A DNA stretch of 64,000 bases from Oleiphilaceae bacterium (GCA_022447365.1 JAKVBL010000001.1:29588-93587); one strand, 5' to 3'. Positions 1 to 10,879 are shown, counted from the stretch's first letter. Numbers and translations: made by a program. Notes: generated by a model not told the origin, from the sequence alone.

Positions 1-249
1 GAAATAGAAGTGATCATCAATGCTGAAGGTGAGTTCTCGGTTAATGAGCGCGCACTCATCAACAATCAGGAAGATACCTTGAAGAAAGCCGTCGAGAAAA
101 TCTCGAATGGAAACACCAAGATTCCTTTCATTATTACAGCAGATTCCAAAACTGATCACGAGTTTGTGGTTCGTGTGATGGATGTTGCAGGTCAACTTGG
201 ATTTGTTCAGCTTAGTATCACGACACAACGAGCACAGTCGAAAAACTAA
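1..249 (+). CDS. exbD: ExbD/TolR-family biopolymer transport protein, C-terminal part (5' end outside window)
   Basis: The frame is open from base 1. The translation ...IPFIITADSKTDHEFVVRVMDVAGQLGF... resembles the conserved ExbD/TolR periplasmic domain. It lies directly upstream of msbA-lpxK and is followed by a hairpin terminator. Confidence 0.65.
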   Translation, partial: EIEVIINAEGEFSVNERALINNQEDTLKKAVEKISNGNTKIPFIITADSKTDHEFVVRVMDVAGQLGFVQLSITTQRAQSKN

Positions 250-251
250 AA

Positions 252-280
252 AAGCTCTAGCTTAAGCTAGAGCTTTGTTT
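252..280 (+). terminator. Intrinsic terminator after exbD
   Basis: Perfect palindrome AGCTCTAGC-TTAA-GCTAGAGCT followed by TTGTTT, starting 3 nt after the TAA stop at 247-249. Confidence 0.75.
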
Positions 281-296
281 ACGCGAGCAAATTGTA

Positions 297-2066
297 ATGA
301 CAAAAGACGCGAAAGCGTTACCGCAAAATGAAGATTCCAACTGGCAGCTTTATCGCCGTTTATTGGTATATCTCAAACCTCTCAAATTTTTCTTTGCACT
401 GAGTGTGATCGGCAACTTTGTTTATGCCGGTGCCAGTGCCGCAATGGTTAAAGCGCTAGAATTTGTGATTGAGACTATTGAGTCTCCGACTCCTGAAGGG
501 CGACTTCTACTGCCAGCAGTTATATTGCTTCTCTTTGCTATGCGTGGCGTGGGTGGCTTTTTAGGAGGATATTATATCGCCTATGTTGGCCGTAATATCG
601 TTCATAAAATGCGCCTTGAGATCTTCGATAGTTACTTGAAGTTGCCAACTTCATTTTTTGATAGCAATTCTTCTGGCCATCTGATTTCGCGTATCACCTT
701 TAATGTAGAGCAGGTCTCCTCGGCCGCGACGGATGCTATTACAGTGACTGTTCGAGAGGGCTTAACTGTTCTATTCCTCCTTGGTGTGATGCTTACCTCG
801 AACTGGAAATTGACCTTAATCTTCCTCAGCCTTGGTCCAATTATTGGGTTTGTGATTAGTTACGTCAGCAAGCGTTTTCGAAAACTGAGTAAGCGCATTA
901 TGGGCTCAGTTGGCGATGTTACACATGTAACTTCTGAGATTGTTACGGGCTATAAGGTTGTTCGAATATTTGGTGGCGAGAAGTATGAGCAAGAGCGCTT
1001 TCAAGGCTCGAGTGAGTACAACCTAATACAGAGCCTAAAGCTTGAATTTACCAAGATGATCAGCACACCGGTTATCCAGCTTTTAGTCGCTTTATCTATT
1101 GCGATTTTAATTTGGTTGGCACTTGCTCCCGATGTCATTGGTGATATGACTGCTGCGCAATTTGTCGTGATCATCACAGCGGCGTCCACTATGGCTAAGC
1201 CGATTCGTCAGTTGACTCAAGTGAATGAGAAAATTCAGCGTGGTCTCGCTGCGTCGCGTGACTTGTTTACTATCATGGATTCCGAGCCTGAGAAAGATGA
1301 AGGTGAGCGCACTCTTGAGAAAGTTCAAGGCGAGCTAGTTTTTAAGGATGTCCGTTTTCGTTATCCGACAAGCGATAATGATGTACTCAAAGGCTTTAAT
1401 CTGCGCGTAGCACCGGGTCAGACAGTTGCCTTGGTCGGTCGCTCAGGTAGTGGTAAGTCTACCGTCGCAAACTTGTTACCACGCTTTTATGAACCAAGCT
1501 CTGGTTCCATCGAGCTCGATGGTGTTCCCATTACGGATTTCACGTTGCGTTCTTTGCGTGACCAAATCTCCCTCGTGACGCAACATGTGACATTATTTAA
1601 TGACACGATCGCCAATAATATCGCCTACGGCACTCTAAATGGAGCCGATGCTGAGACACTGGCTTCAGTCGCAGAGAAAGCTAACGCACTCGAATTTATC
1701 AACGATAAAGAAAACGGTTTTGATACTGAGATTGGCGATAATGGCGTCTCTCTCTCTGGCGGCCAACGTCAACGTTTGGCGATCGCTCGCGCCCTGTTAA
1801 AAGATGCCCCATTATTAATTCTCGATGAAGCGACGTCTGCACTCGATAACGAATCAGAAAAAGTGATTCAGCGTGAGTTGGATGAGCTTATAAAAGGGCG
1901 CACTACTTTAGTTATCGCACATCGTCTCTCAACGATTGAAAATGCAGATATTATCGTCGTGATGGACGAAGGGCATATTGTTGAGCAAGGTACGCATGCT
2001 GAGTTGTTAGAGAAAGATGGGGAATACGCAAAACTCTATAACATGGCACTTTCTGACGATCACTAA
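297..2066 (+). CDS. msbA: Lipid A export ABC transporter (fused permease/ATPase) MsbA
   Basis: 589 aa with an N-terminal TM domain. Walker A GRSGSGKST, ABC signature LSGGQRQR and Walker B LLILDEATSALD are present. It is followed by lpxK, the classic arrangement. Confidence 0.9.
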   Translation: MTKDAKALPQNEDSNWQLYRRLLVYLKPLKFFFALSVIGNFVYAGASAAMVKALEFVIETIESPTPEGRLLLPAVILLLFAMRGVGGFLGGYYIAYVGRNIVHKMRLEIFDSYLKLPTSFFDSNSSGHLISRITFNVEQVSSAATDAITVTVREGLTVLFLLGVMLTSNWKLTLIFLSLGPIIGFVISYVSKRFRKLSKRIMGSVGDVTHVTSEIVTGYKVVRIFGGEKYEQERFQGSSEYNLIQSLKLEFTKMISTPVIQLLVALSIAILIWLALAPDVIGDMTAAQFVVIITAASTMAKPIRQLTQVNEKIQRGLAASRDLFTIMDSEPEKDEGERTLEKVQGELVFKDVRFRYPTSDNDVLKGFNLRVAPGQTVALVGRSGSGKSTVANLLPRFYEPSSGSIELDGVPITDFTLRSLRDQISLVTQHVTLFNDTIANNIAYGTLNGADAETLASVAEKANALEFINDKENGFDTEIGDNGVSLSGGQRQRLAIARALLKDAPLLILDEATSALDNESEKVIQRELDELIKGRTTLVIAHRLSTIENADIIVVMDEGHIVEQGTHAELLEKDGEYAKLYNMALSDDH

Positions 2067-2089
2067 GCTCAAGGGATTAGGCGATAAGC

Positions 2090-3124
2090 GTGAACGACCA
2101 CTCTAATATCGAGCAAGCGATTACCAAAGCTTGGTACTCAAACAAGCTTTGGATCTACCTGCTCGTGCCTTTTTCCATTCTTTATTGGCTTGTCATTCGA
2201 ATATCTGGACTGCTTTCAAGTTCACCTTCTAAATCTAAGGTCCCAGTGATTGTTGTAGGGAATTTAACGGCGGGTGGCACGGGTAAGTCTCCGCTGGTGA
2301 GTTTGTTGGTGCGCGACTTTGAGCAACGCGGGTATCGTGTTGGCGTTGTGAGCCGCGGCTATGGTGTCTCTATTCCAAAAAATGAAGTGCGTCTTGTGCA
2401 TGCTGATAGTTCAGCAAGTGAAGTAGGTGATGAGCCACTTATGCTCAAACGATTATTGGCGTGTGATATTGCCTTATCACCGCAACGCGCATTGGCAGTT
2501 AAAGCATTAGAAGATTTAGGTGTGGATTTAGTGATTGCAGATGATGGTCTGCAACATCATGCCATGTATCGAGATATTGAACTCTGCGTTATCGATGGAC
2601 AGCGTGGCTTTGGCAATGGCTGGGTGTTACCCGTTGGCCCTTTGCGTGATCCTGTTAACCGTTTGGCTGATATGGATGCGGTTGTCATCAATGGTGAGTT
2701 AGATTCATCTATAAAATTACCTCGTTCGGTTTCAACAAGTGCAATGACTTTATTGCCGAAAGAGTTCGTGCGTTTGGACGGTTCTGAATGTTTGGAGGTC
2801 GCAGCATTTGTTGAAAAATATGCATCGCAGCCTATCAGTGCCGTAGCAGCAATTGGAAATCCTCAGCGTTTTTTCTCTTTGCTAGCCTCTCTTGGTCTGA
2901 CAACAAAGAACACTGCAAAGCCAGATCACTATGCCTACAGTAATGAAGACTTTTCTTCGATCAATGGAGTGGTAGTGATGACTGAAAAAGACGCAGCGAA
3001 ATGTAGAGATTTAGGTATTCAAGATGCGTGGTTTCTGCGTGTAAGTCCGGAGCTCCAAGACAAACTCACTGATAAGCTTTACAATCAGCTCAAACTTTCT
3101 GGCCGCTTGCGCACTATACATTAA
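2090..3124 (+). CDS. lpxK: Tetraacyldisaccharide 4'-kinase LpxK
   Basis: GTG start. N-terminal TM helix and P-loop [12 protein letters not shown] typical of LpxK. Synteny msbA-lpxK-ycaR-kdsB. Confidence 0.9.
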   Translation: MNDHSNIEQAITKAWYSNKLWIYLLVPFSILYWLVIRISGLLSSSPSKSKVPVIVVGNLTAGGTGKSPLVSLLVRDFEQRGYRVGVVSRGYGVSIPKNEVRLVHADSSASEVGDEPLMLKRLLACDIALSPQRALAVKALEDLGVDLVIADDGLQHHAMYRDIELCVIDGQRGFGNGWVLPVGPLRDPVNRLADMDAVVINGELDSSIKLPRSVSTSAMTLLPKEFVRLDGSECLEVAAFVEKYASQPISAVAAIGNPQRFFSLLASLGLTTKNTAKPDHYAYSNEDFSSINGVVVMTEKDAAKCRDLGIQDAWFLRVSPELQDKLTDKLYNQLKLSGRLRTIH

Positions 3125-3151
3125 TTTAGATATTCGATTAGGAACTTAGTT

Positions 3152-3340
3152 TTGGATAAAAAACTTCTGGCGATCCTCGCATGCCCAATTTGTAAAGGCG
3201 AACTAAAATATGACCGTGATGCGTCAGAGCTCATCTGCAAAGCGGATGGCTTAGCTTTTCCTATTCGCGATGGCATTCCTGTGATGCTTGAGAACGAAGC
3301 CCGCACTCTCACGACAGATGAAAAACTAAGCAAAGACTAA
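3152..3340 (+). CDS. Trm112/YcaR-family small zinc-ribbon-like protein
   Basis: 62 aa with TTG start. [14 protein letters not shown]...GIPVML matches the YcaR/Trm112 pattern. It occupies the conserved position between lpxK and kdsB. Confidence 0.8.
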   Translation: MDKKLLAILACPICKGELKYDRDASELICKADGLAFPIRDGIPVMLENEARTLTTDEKLSKD

Positions 3341-3352
3341 TCTGGAAATCCG

Positions 3353-4117
3353 ATGCAACCTTATTCCGTTATTATTCCCGCGCGCTTTGCTTCGCAACGA
3401 CTTCCTGGAAAGCCTCTTATAGATATCGCGGGCAAACCAATGATTCGACACGTTTACGAGCAAGTGAAAGATCTAGGTGCGCAGCGCATTATCGTTGCAA
3501 CGGATAATACGGATATCGAACGAGCCTGCTTAGACTTCGGCGCAGATGTGGTGATGACATCTCCTGATCATCCATCTGGTACGGACCGCTTGGAAGAAGT
3601 TGTTCGTGAACTTGATATGGATGATGATGAAATAATCGTCAATGTTCAGGGCGATGAACCGTTGATTCCTGCAGCACTCATTGAGCAAGTTGCTCAGAAT
3701 TTGAGTGCACATCCTGAGGCTGGTATTGCAACGCTTTGCGAGAGAATTCTAGATTTAGATACGGTATTGAACCCGAATGCAGTAAAGGTTGTATTTGATG
3801 AACATGGTTTCGCGTCTTATTTTAGTCGCGCACCGATTCCTTATGCGCGCGATGCATTGAGCGAAAAACCGCCGCGCTTATCTTCGACAGCTGAGTATTT
3901 TCGTCATATTGGAATGTATGCTTACCGAGCTGGCTTCTTGAAGCAATATGTTCAATGGGTACCGAGTATGACTGAGAAAGTTGAAAAACTTGAGCAGCTT
4001 AGGGCCTTGAGTAATGGCGTCAAAATTCATATCGAGCTTGCCAAGCAAACTCCCCCAGCAGGTGTCGATACGCAAGAAGACTTAGACCGAGTTCGTGCGC
4101 ATTTCGAGAATCGATAA
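3353..4117 (+). CDS. kdsB: 3-deoxy-manno-octulosonate cytidylyltransferase (CMP-KDO synthetase)
   Basis: N-terminus IIPARFASQRLPGKPL plus VNVQGDEP motifs; length 254 aa; synteny. Confidence 0.9.
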   Translation: MQPYSVIIPARFASQRLPGKPLIDIAGKPMIRHVYEQVKDLGAQRIIVATDNTDIERACLDFGADVVMTSPDHPSGTDRLEEVVRELDMDDDEIIVNVQGDEPLIPAALIEQVAQNLSAHPEAGIATLCERILDLDTVLNPNAVKVVFDEHGFASYFSRAPIPYARDALSEKPPRLSSTAEYFRHIGMYAYRAGFLKQYVQWVPSMTEKVEKLEQLRALSNGVKIHIELAKQTPPAGVDTQEDLDRVRAHFENR

Positions 4118-4119
4118 CG

Positions 4120-4584
4120 ATGAAAGTTTTATTCGTTTGCTTAGGTAATATTTGTCGCTCTCCCACTGCACATGGTGTGTTTGAAGAAAAGGTTCGCGAA
4201 AGAGGTTTGGCTTCTCAGGTGTATACCGATTCATGTGGCACTGGAGCGTGGCATGTTGGAGAAAGCCCCGATCCTCGTGCTTCGCAACATGCTGCAAAGC
4301 GCGGTTATGACTTGTCGCATCTAAGAGCACGGCAGGTTAGTCCTGATGATTTTGATACCTTTGACTATGTTCTTGCGATGGATAACGCAAATCTGAAAGA
4401 CCTTCAAAGTATCATACCTGCTGGAGCACGAACGCAGCCGGTTTTGTTTTTGAGTTATGGGGCTTTCTCCGAACAAGAAGTGCCCGATCCATACTACGGC
4501 GGCGAACAAGGTTTCGAGCATGTATTGGATCTTGTTGAATCTGCCTGCGATGGATTGCTCGATGAAATACAAAGTCGCCTATAG
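4120..4584 (+). CDS. Low-molecular-weight protein-tyrosine phosphatase
   Basis: Active-site loop VLFVCLGNICRSPTA (CX5R-S/T) and a distal DPYY motif; 154 aa. Confidence 0.85.
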   Translation: MKVLFVCLGNICRSPTAHGVFEEKVRERGLASQVYTDSCGTGAWHVGESPDPRASQHAAKRGYDLSHLRARQVSPDDFDTFDYVLAMDNANLKDLQSIIPAGARTQPVLFLSYGAFSEQEVPDPYYGGEQGFEHVLDLVESACDGLLDEIQSRL

Positions 4585-4601
4585 CTAGTCTGTTATTTCT
4601 T

Positions 4602-5606
4602 ATGTCTCTTGAGTCACTTAGAAAAGATCTGTCCTCCTCGAATACGATGGCGTTGCCTTGTGTCGCGGAGCAATTTTTTGAGTTAAGTTCAGAACAAGCG
4701 ATCAGTGACTTTTTTTACGCGCATCCAGAGGATGTATTGATTCTCGGTGGTGGAAGTAATGTGGTGCTTCCTCCTGTTATTCAACGCCCTGTCGTTCAAG
4801 TTGTTAATCACACTCTAGAATGTATCGCACGAGACCTTGATCATGTAGTGGTAAAAGTTGGCGCATCGGTTGTTTGGGATGAGCTTGTCGCATGGGCTGT
4901 TGAAAACAGTTACTACGGTTTAGAAAACCTTTCTTTGATTCCTGGTAGTGTTGGTGCTGCACCCGTGCAAAACATTGGGGCATATGGCGTAGAGCTTAAA
5001 GATCTTCTAAAGAGTGTACGAGCCTTTGATCGAGTGCAAAGAGTGTTCGTTGATCTATCTAATGAACGTTGTTGCTTCGGCTATCGCGATAGTATTTTCA
5101 AACGTGAGTGCGGACGTTATGTGATTAGCGAAGTAGTTTTAAGATTGGCGCGCAAAGCGCAGTTTGTACTGGAGTATGGTGAGCTTAAAACTCTCTCGCA
5201 TGAGGCAAACCTAAGTTTATCCAAAGTGCGAGACACCGTTATTGGGGTCAGATCTGCGAAACTTCCGGATCCTAAAGTTATTCCGAATACCGGTAGTTTT
5301 TTCAAGAATCCAGTGATTTCGAGATCTACGTGTGAGGTGCTAAAGCAACGCTTTCCAAGCTTAGTTTGTTACCCTGCTGGCGAAGGTTCTATGAAGCTGG
5401 CAGCAGGCTGGCTGATAGAAAATGCTGGCTTAAAAGGATATGTGCAAGGCAATGCCTCCGTGCATGATAAACAAGCGCTGGTCTTGACCAATCAGGGTGG
5501 GGCGCAGCAACAAGATATCATTCGATTAGCCTCCTATGTGGAGGATAAGATCAAAGATCTATATGGTATTGAGCTCGAGCAAGAGCCAATTTTAATAAGA
5601 GATTAA
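4602..5606 (+). CDS. murB: UDP-N-acetylenolpyruvoylglucosamine reductase MurB
   Basis: FAD-binding GGGSNV, and GSFFKNP and LIENAGLKG motifs characteristic of type I MurB; 334 aa. Confidence 0.9.
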   Translation: MSLESLRKDLSSSNTMALPCVAEQFFELSSEQAISDFFYAHPEDVLILGGGSNVVLPPVIQRPVVQVVNHTLECIARDLDHVVVKVGASVVWDELVAWAVENSYYGLENLSLIPGSVGAAPVQNIGAYGVELKDLLKSVRAFDRVQRVFVDLSNERCCFGYRDSIFKRECGRYVISEVVLRLARKAQFVLEYGELKTLSHEANLSLSKVRDTVIGVRSAKLPDPKVIPNTGSFFKNPVISRSTCEVLKQRFPSLVCYPAGEGSMKLAAGWLIENAGLKGYVQGNASVHDKQALVLTNQGGAQQQDIIRLASYVEDKIKDLYGIELEQEPILIRD

Positions 5607-5664
5607 TTACTAATCATTCCTCTTTTCTTGGGCTGTATTAAAGCGAATAACAGGAGGTGTTTTG

Positions 5665-8600
5665 ATGTCTAAGAATAATGTCCGCCACTTTAAACGCTCT
5701 GCGCTTTTTCTTGCTATTGCTCAGATTGTTTTCATCAATCAAGTGTAGTCCGCGCCTTGCGAGGTGACTAATAGAAGTCTGATTACCCAAGTTTCAGGGG
5801 AATGCATCGTTTATCCTACGCGAGCTGATCCTAACCCAGTGCAGCCAGATTCTGTGATCCTTGAATATACTCGAAATCACGATATGTTGGTGGAAGGGGA
5901 TGTTGGTCCTCCAGGGCTCGATCAATTTTGGAACGACCTCACGATTAAAGGTGAGGGGACCGGCCAGAGAGTACTAGAAATTTTCTCTGTTCGTGGTATT
6001 GGCAGTGCCAAGCCTTATCAGGAAGACAATCTCCGAAAAACAATTACGACGAGTAAGCTCACGTTAGACAATGTTGATTTGGAGGCGAATGTAATTTTCA
6101 AATTCGATCAACTCAGCAATACGCTCACTTTCAAGGATAGTAAGGTTTACTGGCATACCCGAGACCCAATCTTTCAAAGCGGTATGAAGCTTACCGTGAC
6201 GAGCGAAACTGGTTCAAATCAGTGGAAAGGAATGGCTGGGACGACTATCCCTGCGGACATTGATTGGAATATCAAAAACGGAACCACGTTTGAGTTTTTT
6301 GGTGCTGGTGCGGCAAGACGTGCATTAAGTTTCACTGGGCAAAATCGTCTGAATATTGAAGCGGGCGCGACCTTAAAGTTCCATGAATCGGTTTTGGACT
6401 TTGGCTCGAACTCTGTCTTGACCTTGGATCCTGGCTCAACACTTGGCTTCAGAACTTCTGAGACGATCGTTACTTTCGATACCTTGAACGCAGATGGAGC
6501 GACGCTTGCATACGAGGGTGGCGCGATCTCTTTTTTACCCACCACCGCAAATCTGAACGACACGACTGTAAATTTAGTGAGCGGTAACCTGGAAACGAGG
6601 CGTTTGGTTTTGTCGGGAAGACACAACACGGTAACGGGTGATCGCTCTGTTGATTATCTAAGAGCGGAAGTGATTCAGACAAAAGATACAAGTAGCCCCA
6701 CTATTTTAAACGCGACACACCTCAATCAAATTCGCGCAGAAACTCTTTTATTGACCCCTAATTTGACGATTAATTTGGACAGAGCCTCTTTGCGTATGCT
6801 GACTGGCTCAGACTTAAGACTTCAAGGTGGTTTGATCAATGTTGATAATCCCGGAGTGATTGGGGAATTTGGTCAAATTACGGGGAACGACGCGACTATC
6901 AATATTGATAATGGTGATTTTGTTGTCGGCGAGACCACCGAGTTAGTTTTAGGGCCGTCATTAATATTTCTTTGAACAGCGTGGATACTGCCGTAACTGT
7001 CGAAGGGCGCTTGTCTGGTTCAGGCACGATTGGTGGTACTGGAGGTAGAATAGATATCCAAGGTGACTCTAACTTAACTCCAACACTTGGTGTACTAGAT
7101 TTGGGCACTGCGTCTGATCCGTATGGAACGCTTACAACCGAAAACCAAGTTCGTTTTGTGAATGGTTTAGTTACAAACTCTCAAGCTGCTATTGATTCAG
7201 GTTTGTTTGATGGTGGCTACTACGATGTTGATATTGGTCTAACCGGAGGAACAACACCTGTAAACGATAAAATAATTTATGGTGCTGGCGGCGTTGATCT
7301 TACGCTCATGAAATCTATCCGTGTTGATGTGGCTGACAACTCAACCGCTGCGCAACTTCACCGAAAGTCGTTCCGTGTGATAGAGGCAAAAAGCGGTGCG
7401 ACAGGCAATATCGTCATGCAGGGTCAAACCATTGAGAATGATGTGGTCTTGGAGGAAGGACCAAATGTTCCGGTATTGATAGACTTCTTTATTGCTGACG
7501 ACAACACCAATGGCAAATCCGATCTAACCATCTACGCCGAAGAGCAGCTGCCGGTTAGTTTGAAAAAGCACCCTGGTGCTAGAGCGCATAGGAATCGACA
7601 ATCGGTGACGAATTTATTACCAACAGTCGCGACGTAACCAACACCTCCACCTAGCACGCCGGGTAACCCTCAACCGCCCGTGCAAACGCCTGCCCAGCAG
7701 CAAGCTCAGCAAAATGTCTTTAACGCGGTTCAAACAACGACAAACTCTCAAGCTGCTCCAAGTTTCTCTAGTATTCACCCTGAGCCAATTTCATCGCAGA
7801 TGACGGTGCAAATTGAGCAAGCCGACAATATGCTGAATACGGTATTGGGCGTGAATACGCTTGCGCGCGACACCGAGGTAGATCTTCAGAGCTATGGTTC
7901 ATTTTTCATCGGAAGCAGTAACTCACACCCTAGTGGTGTTTGGGCCAATATTAATTACATCGATGGCAAGGTTGATGGGCAGGGCGACTTAGGTAATTTT
8001 GATTACTACCTAACAAGCTATACCTTTGGGAATAGTTTTATCCATCATGATGATTATGAACTTGGATTATTCTTTGGATTATCCAACGAGAGCATGACGG
8101 AACATGACCAAGTTAACGTGAGCTTTGATTCGGACGCCTACCACTTAGGCTTGTATGGTGGATACCGTTTGAATGATCGTTGGGATCTGATCTGGGGGTT
8201 TGGGTCATGCTTGGTTGACCACCGAATCATCACGTAGCACCCCCCTTGGCTCGATCAGTGAAACGGCTGAAGCCGAGTACGATTCTCAGTTAAATTACCT
8301 TGGTTTGCGTGCCCGTTACGATACAAGTTGGCTTGAGCAAGTCGATAGCAGCGCATACATTGGCTTGGCGTATTTGCGCGCTGATCAGGACGAATTCTCC
8401 GAAACGAATGCACCAAACCTTGGAATGACCATTGATCGAGCGATTGTTAGTTCAGGGGTTATTAGTCTTGGTATGGAGGCATCTCGAGCACTGAATGAGT
8501 TTGACTCAACCCATATGCGTACGGAACTTCGTTACGACTATGATGTGCAAGCTGATAGCAATAGCGTAGCGCTTCGTTTAATTTTGATCCCAGCAATACC

Positions 8601-8762
8601 CAGAGTTTTGTGGGACAAAATCGGGGCCCGCACTCGCTCACTTTTGCGCTAGGTGTTGATCATGAGTTTCAAGAAGATTGGTTATTAAGCCTTGCTGGCG
8701 CATACACTCGATCAAGTCATGGCTATGAAGTCGGCGGTGATATCGTGATGAACTGGTATTGA
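5665..8762 (+). pseudogene. Disrupted autotransporter (type Va secretion): signal peptide, beta-helix-like passenger, Pro-rich linker, C-terminal beta-barrel
   Basis: SD AGGAGG (5652-5657) precedes ATG 5665, which encodes the Sec-like signal MSKNNVRHFKRSALFLAIAQIVFI. There is an in-frame TAG at 5746-5748. A frame change lies within 6918-6975. There is an in-frame TAA at 7635-7637, just before the Pro-rich PTPPPSTPGNPQPP. A second frame change lies within 8191-8237 and a third within 8565-8652. The last frame ends ...GGDIVMNWY*, with the aromatic terminus typical of an OM barrel. Confidence 0.7.
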
Positions 8763-8782
8763 TAGGCATTTCTGTCGATAAC

Positions 8783-9397
8783 TTATAGATAAGCGTCTTT
8801 CAGTCCGTTGATCATTGCTCTTCGCTCTGGCTCGAGGAAAGGCGCGACAACTGACATGACTTGGTAAACGCCTCTCGCAAGGGCATCATCTGCGACTTGG
8901 CCTTCTCTTACTGAGGAATAGCTTAACCAGAATGTAGTTGTGAGAATGATTTGCTCAGTGAGTGCTTCTATTTCATCTGTTGACGCATGTAATCGCTCAT
9001 TCTTCCGTGCGTTTTCAAGTACAGAAATACTGGCTTTACGTTTTGTGTTTAAGATCTTCTGAAAGCGCTTTTCGAATTGTGGATATTTCGCCATGATGGT
9101 GACGAGGTCTTTGTACAGGAACTGAAACTTCGCGATATTTTCGAAGATCAGATGGAGGTAAAACCAGAGATCTTCAATATCCATTTCTGATTCTGGAACA
9201 ATGAGAATGCTATACATGCATTCTTCAAATTGTTGAAACAGCTCTTCTAAAATGTCTGTTTTACTTTTGAAGTGGTAGTACAAGTTGCCCGGGCTAATAT
9301 CGAGCTCGTCAGCGATAAATAAGGTAGTGACGCTCGGTTCGCCCATCTCGTTAAATAAGCGAAGGCTTGTGTGAAGAATTCTATCGCGAGTTTTCAT
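8783..9397 (-). CDS. TetR/AcrR-family transcriptional regulator
   Basis: N-terminal HTH RDRILHTSLRLFNEMGEPSVTTLFIADELDISPGNLYYHFKSK; 204 aa. It lies 36 nt downstream of the HD gene on the same strand. Confidence 0.85.
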   Translation of the reverse strand: MKTRDRILHTSLRLFNEMGEPSVTTLFIADELDISPGNLYYHFKSKTDILEELFQQFEECMYSILIVPESEMDIEDLWFYLHLIFENIAKFQFLYKDLVTIMAKYPQFEKRFQKILNTKRKASISVLENARKNERLHASTDEIEALTEQIILTTTFWLSYSSVREGQVADDALARGVYQVMSVVAPFLEPERRAMINGLKDAYL

Positions 9398-9433
9398 AGG
9401 TGTTTAAAGCAGACTCAACCTTTCCACATATAG

Positions 9434-10879
9434 TCACGCTTTGACCCGTGTAGGGTCAATATAAAAGTGCGTAATTTGATCATCTTTAAATTGATCAAAG
9501 AATTGCGTGGTTTTGCTGATGCGCTTGAACATTGGCTCATGGGCTTCACTATCCACGAGCACTTTCATCGCGGTATAGCTGTCGTCGATCTTGGTAAAGC
9601 GGGCAGTAAGTTTCGCTGTGATTACATCATCTTCGCCAATCGCATGCTCTTGTGCGATGAGTTTGATGTAAGAAGGCAGTTCCGCATCTGATAAGTTCGA
9701 CTTGGTCGATAAATGCGGCATTTTGATTCGGTTGAGAATGCAATAGCTATATGAGTTTTTGTTTCTAAAACTATAGCGTCGAAATGCTTCCCAGAAATAA
9801 CTATCACTCAGGTGCTGAAAGTATTCTAAATCCGATAGGCACTGTTGAATGAAGGTACTGACTTCAGAGTTTTTCATCACTTCTTCGATTGCTGCGCGAA
9901 GCAGAAGGTCAAAGCCTTGCGCCGTTTTATGTGCGTACACTTGTCGATACATTTGATGTCGACTGTACACGAAGTCTTCTAAAGAACTTAAACCTTTGGC
10001 GGCTATACCGATGCCAACCCACCCGGTTTGGCTGCATCGTCCAAATTTTAGATTGCTCAATAGGTGATCAAGGTTAAAGCTGCCAATCGTGACGGATGAG
10101 TGAAAACCGTCGCGCAGCATATAATCGGCGCGGTCAGCATCAAGTTCCCCAGAGACGATATTTGAAAGCAATGAGCGGAAAAGTTCAGGAAAGTCTTCTG
10201 GTGGCTGTGATTGTTGGTTACCTATGACTAAAGGCCACATAGCCTTCGCGTGATGCGAGAATTTCTCAGTTGCGTGTGTGGCGCTTGTTTCCATTAGCGC
10301 AATGATATCTTGGGGGGCAATATCTTCAGTGACATCTTGCCCTTGTTGCAAAATATGATGCGCTACGCGAACAGAATAATGTTCATGCTCTAAAGCGCTA
10401 GGCTGTTCAGCATAGAACTGTGTGCTGTCCTCTCCAGACCATAATTGCTCGAAAATACCAGGTGTGCTTAAGATATTTTGAATAGTCGGTGTTCGACTGA
10501 ATTGATGAGAAAAGCTGCTATGTCCACTATCGTGTAGTAAACATGCACAGCGTACTATTCTATGGAAATAACTAATCGCTTCTAATGTCTCGGCGGAAAC
10601 ACTCGCATTGCTACCAAATGTTTTTAGTCCATTTTCGACCATTGCCATAAACATACGTCCGCCGACATGCATGGCTCCTACGCTATGGAGAAAGCGTGAA
10701 TGGGTCGCTCCGGGAAACACAAGAGACAAAATATCGTTTTGACAAATAAAACGCAGGCGCTGAAACAAAGGGTGATCAATGATGGCAACCTCAAGCCGTG
10801 AAACAGGAATACCGCCATGGACAGGGTCCATAATTAATTTATGGTAGTTGCCCAATAAATCGTTAATACGCAGCTGCAA
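9434..10879 (-). CDS. HD-domain phosphohydrolase of the SAMHD1/YdhJ-like type (putative dNTP triphosphohydrolase)
   Basis: DPVHGGIPVS...IIDHPLFQRLRFICQ...FPGATHSRFLHSVG, LLHDSGHSSFSH and DADRADYMLRD follow the motif order of SAMHD1-like HD enzymes; 481 aa. Confidence 0.7.
   Translation of the reverse strand: MQLRINDLLGNYHKLIMDPVHGGIPVSRLEVAIIDHPLFQRLRFICQNDILSLVFPGATHSRFLHSVGAMHVGGRMFMAMVENGLKTFGSNASVSAETLEAISYFHRIVRCACLLHDSGHSSFSHQFSRTPTIQNILSTPGIFEQLWSGEDSTQFYAEQPSALEHEHYSVRVAHHILQQGQDVTEDIAPQDIIALMETSATHATEKFSHHAKAMWPLVIGNQQSQPPEDFPELFRSLLSNIVSGELDADRADYMLRDGFHSSVTIGSFNLDHLLSNLKFGRCSQTGWVGIGIAAKGLSSLEDFVYSRHQMYRQVYAHKTAQGFDLLLRAAIEEVMKNSEVSTFIQQCLSDLEYFQHLSDSYFWEAFRRYSFRNKNSYSYCILNRIKMPHLSTKSNLSDAELPSYIKLIAQEHAIGEDDVITAKLTARFTKIDDSYTAMKVLVDSEAHEPMFKRISKTTQFFDQFKDDQITHFYIDPTRVKA

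Noticed and set aside
5746-7637. The possibility that the in-frame TAG (5746) and TAA (7635) in the autotransporter are recoded (pyrrolysine, readthrough or suppressor) rather than inactivating.
   Set aside because: They co-occur with three true frameshifts in the same gene. No Pyl machinery or recoding signals are visible, and TAA is not a known recoding codon in bacteria. Pseudogenisation is the simpler reading.
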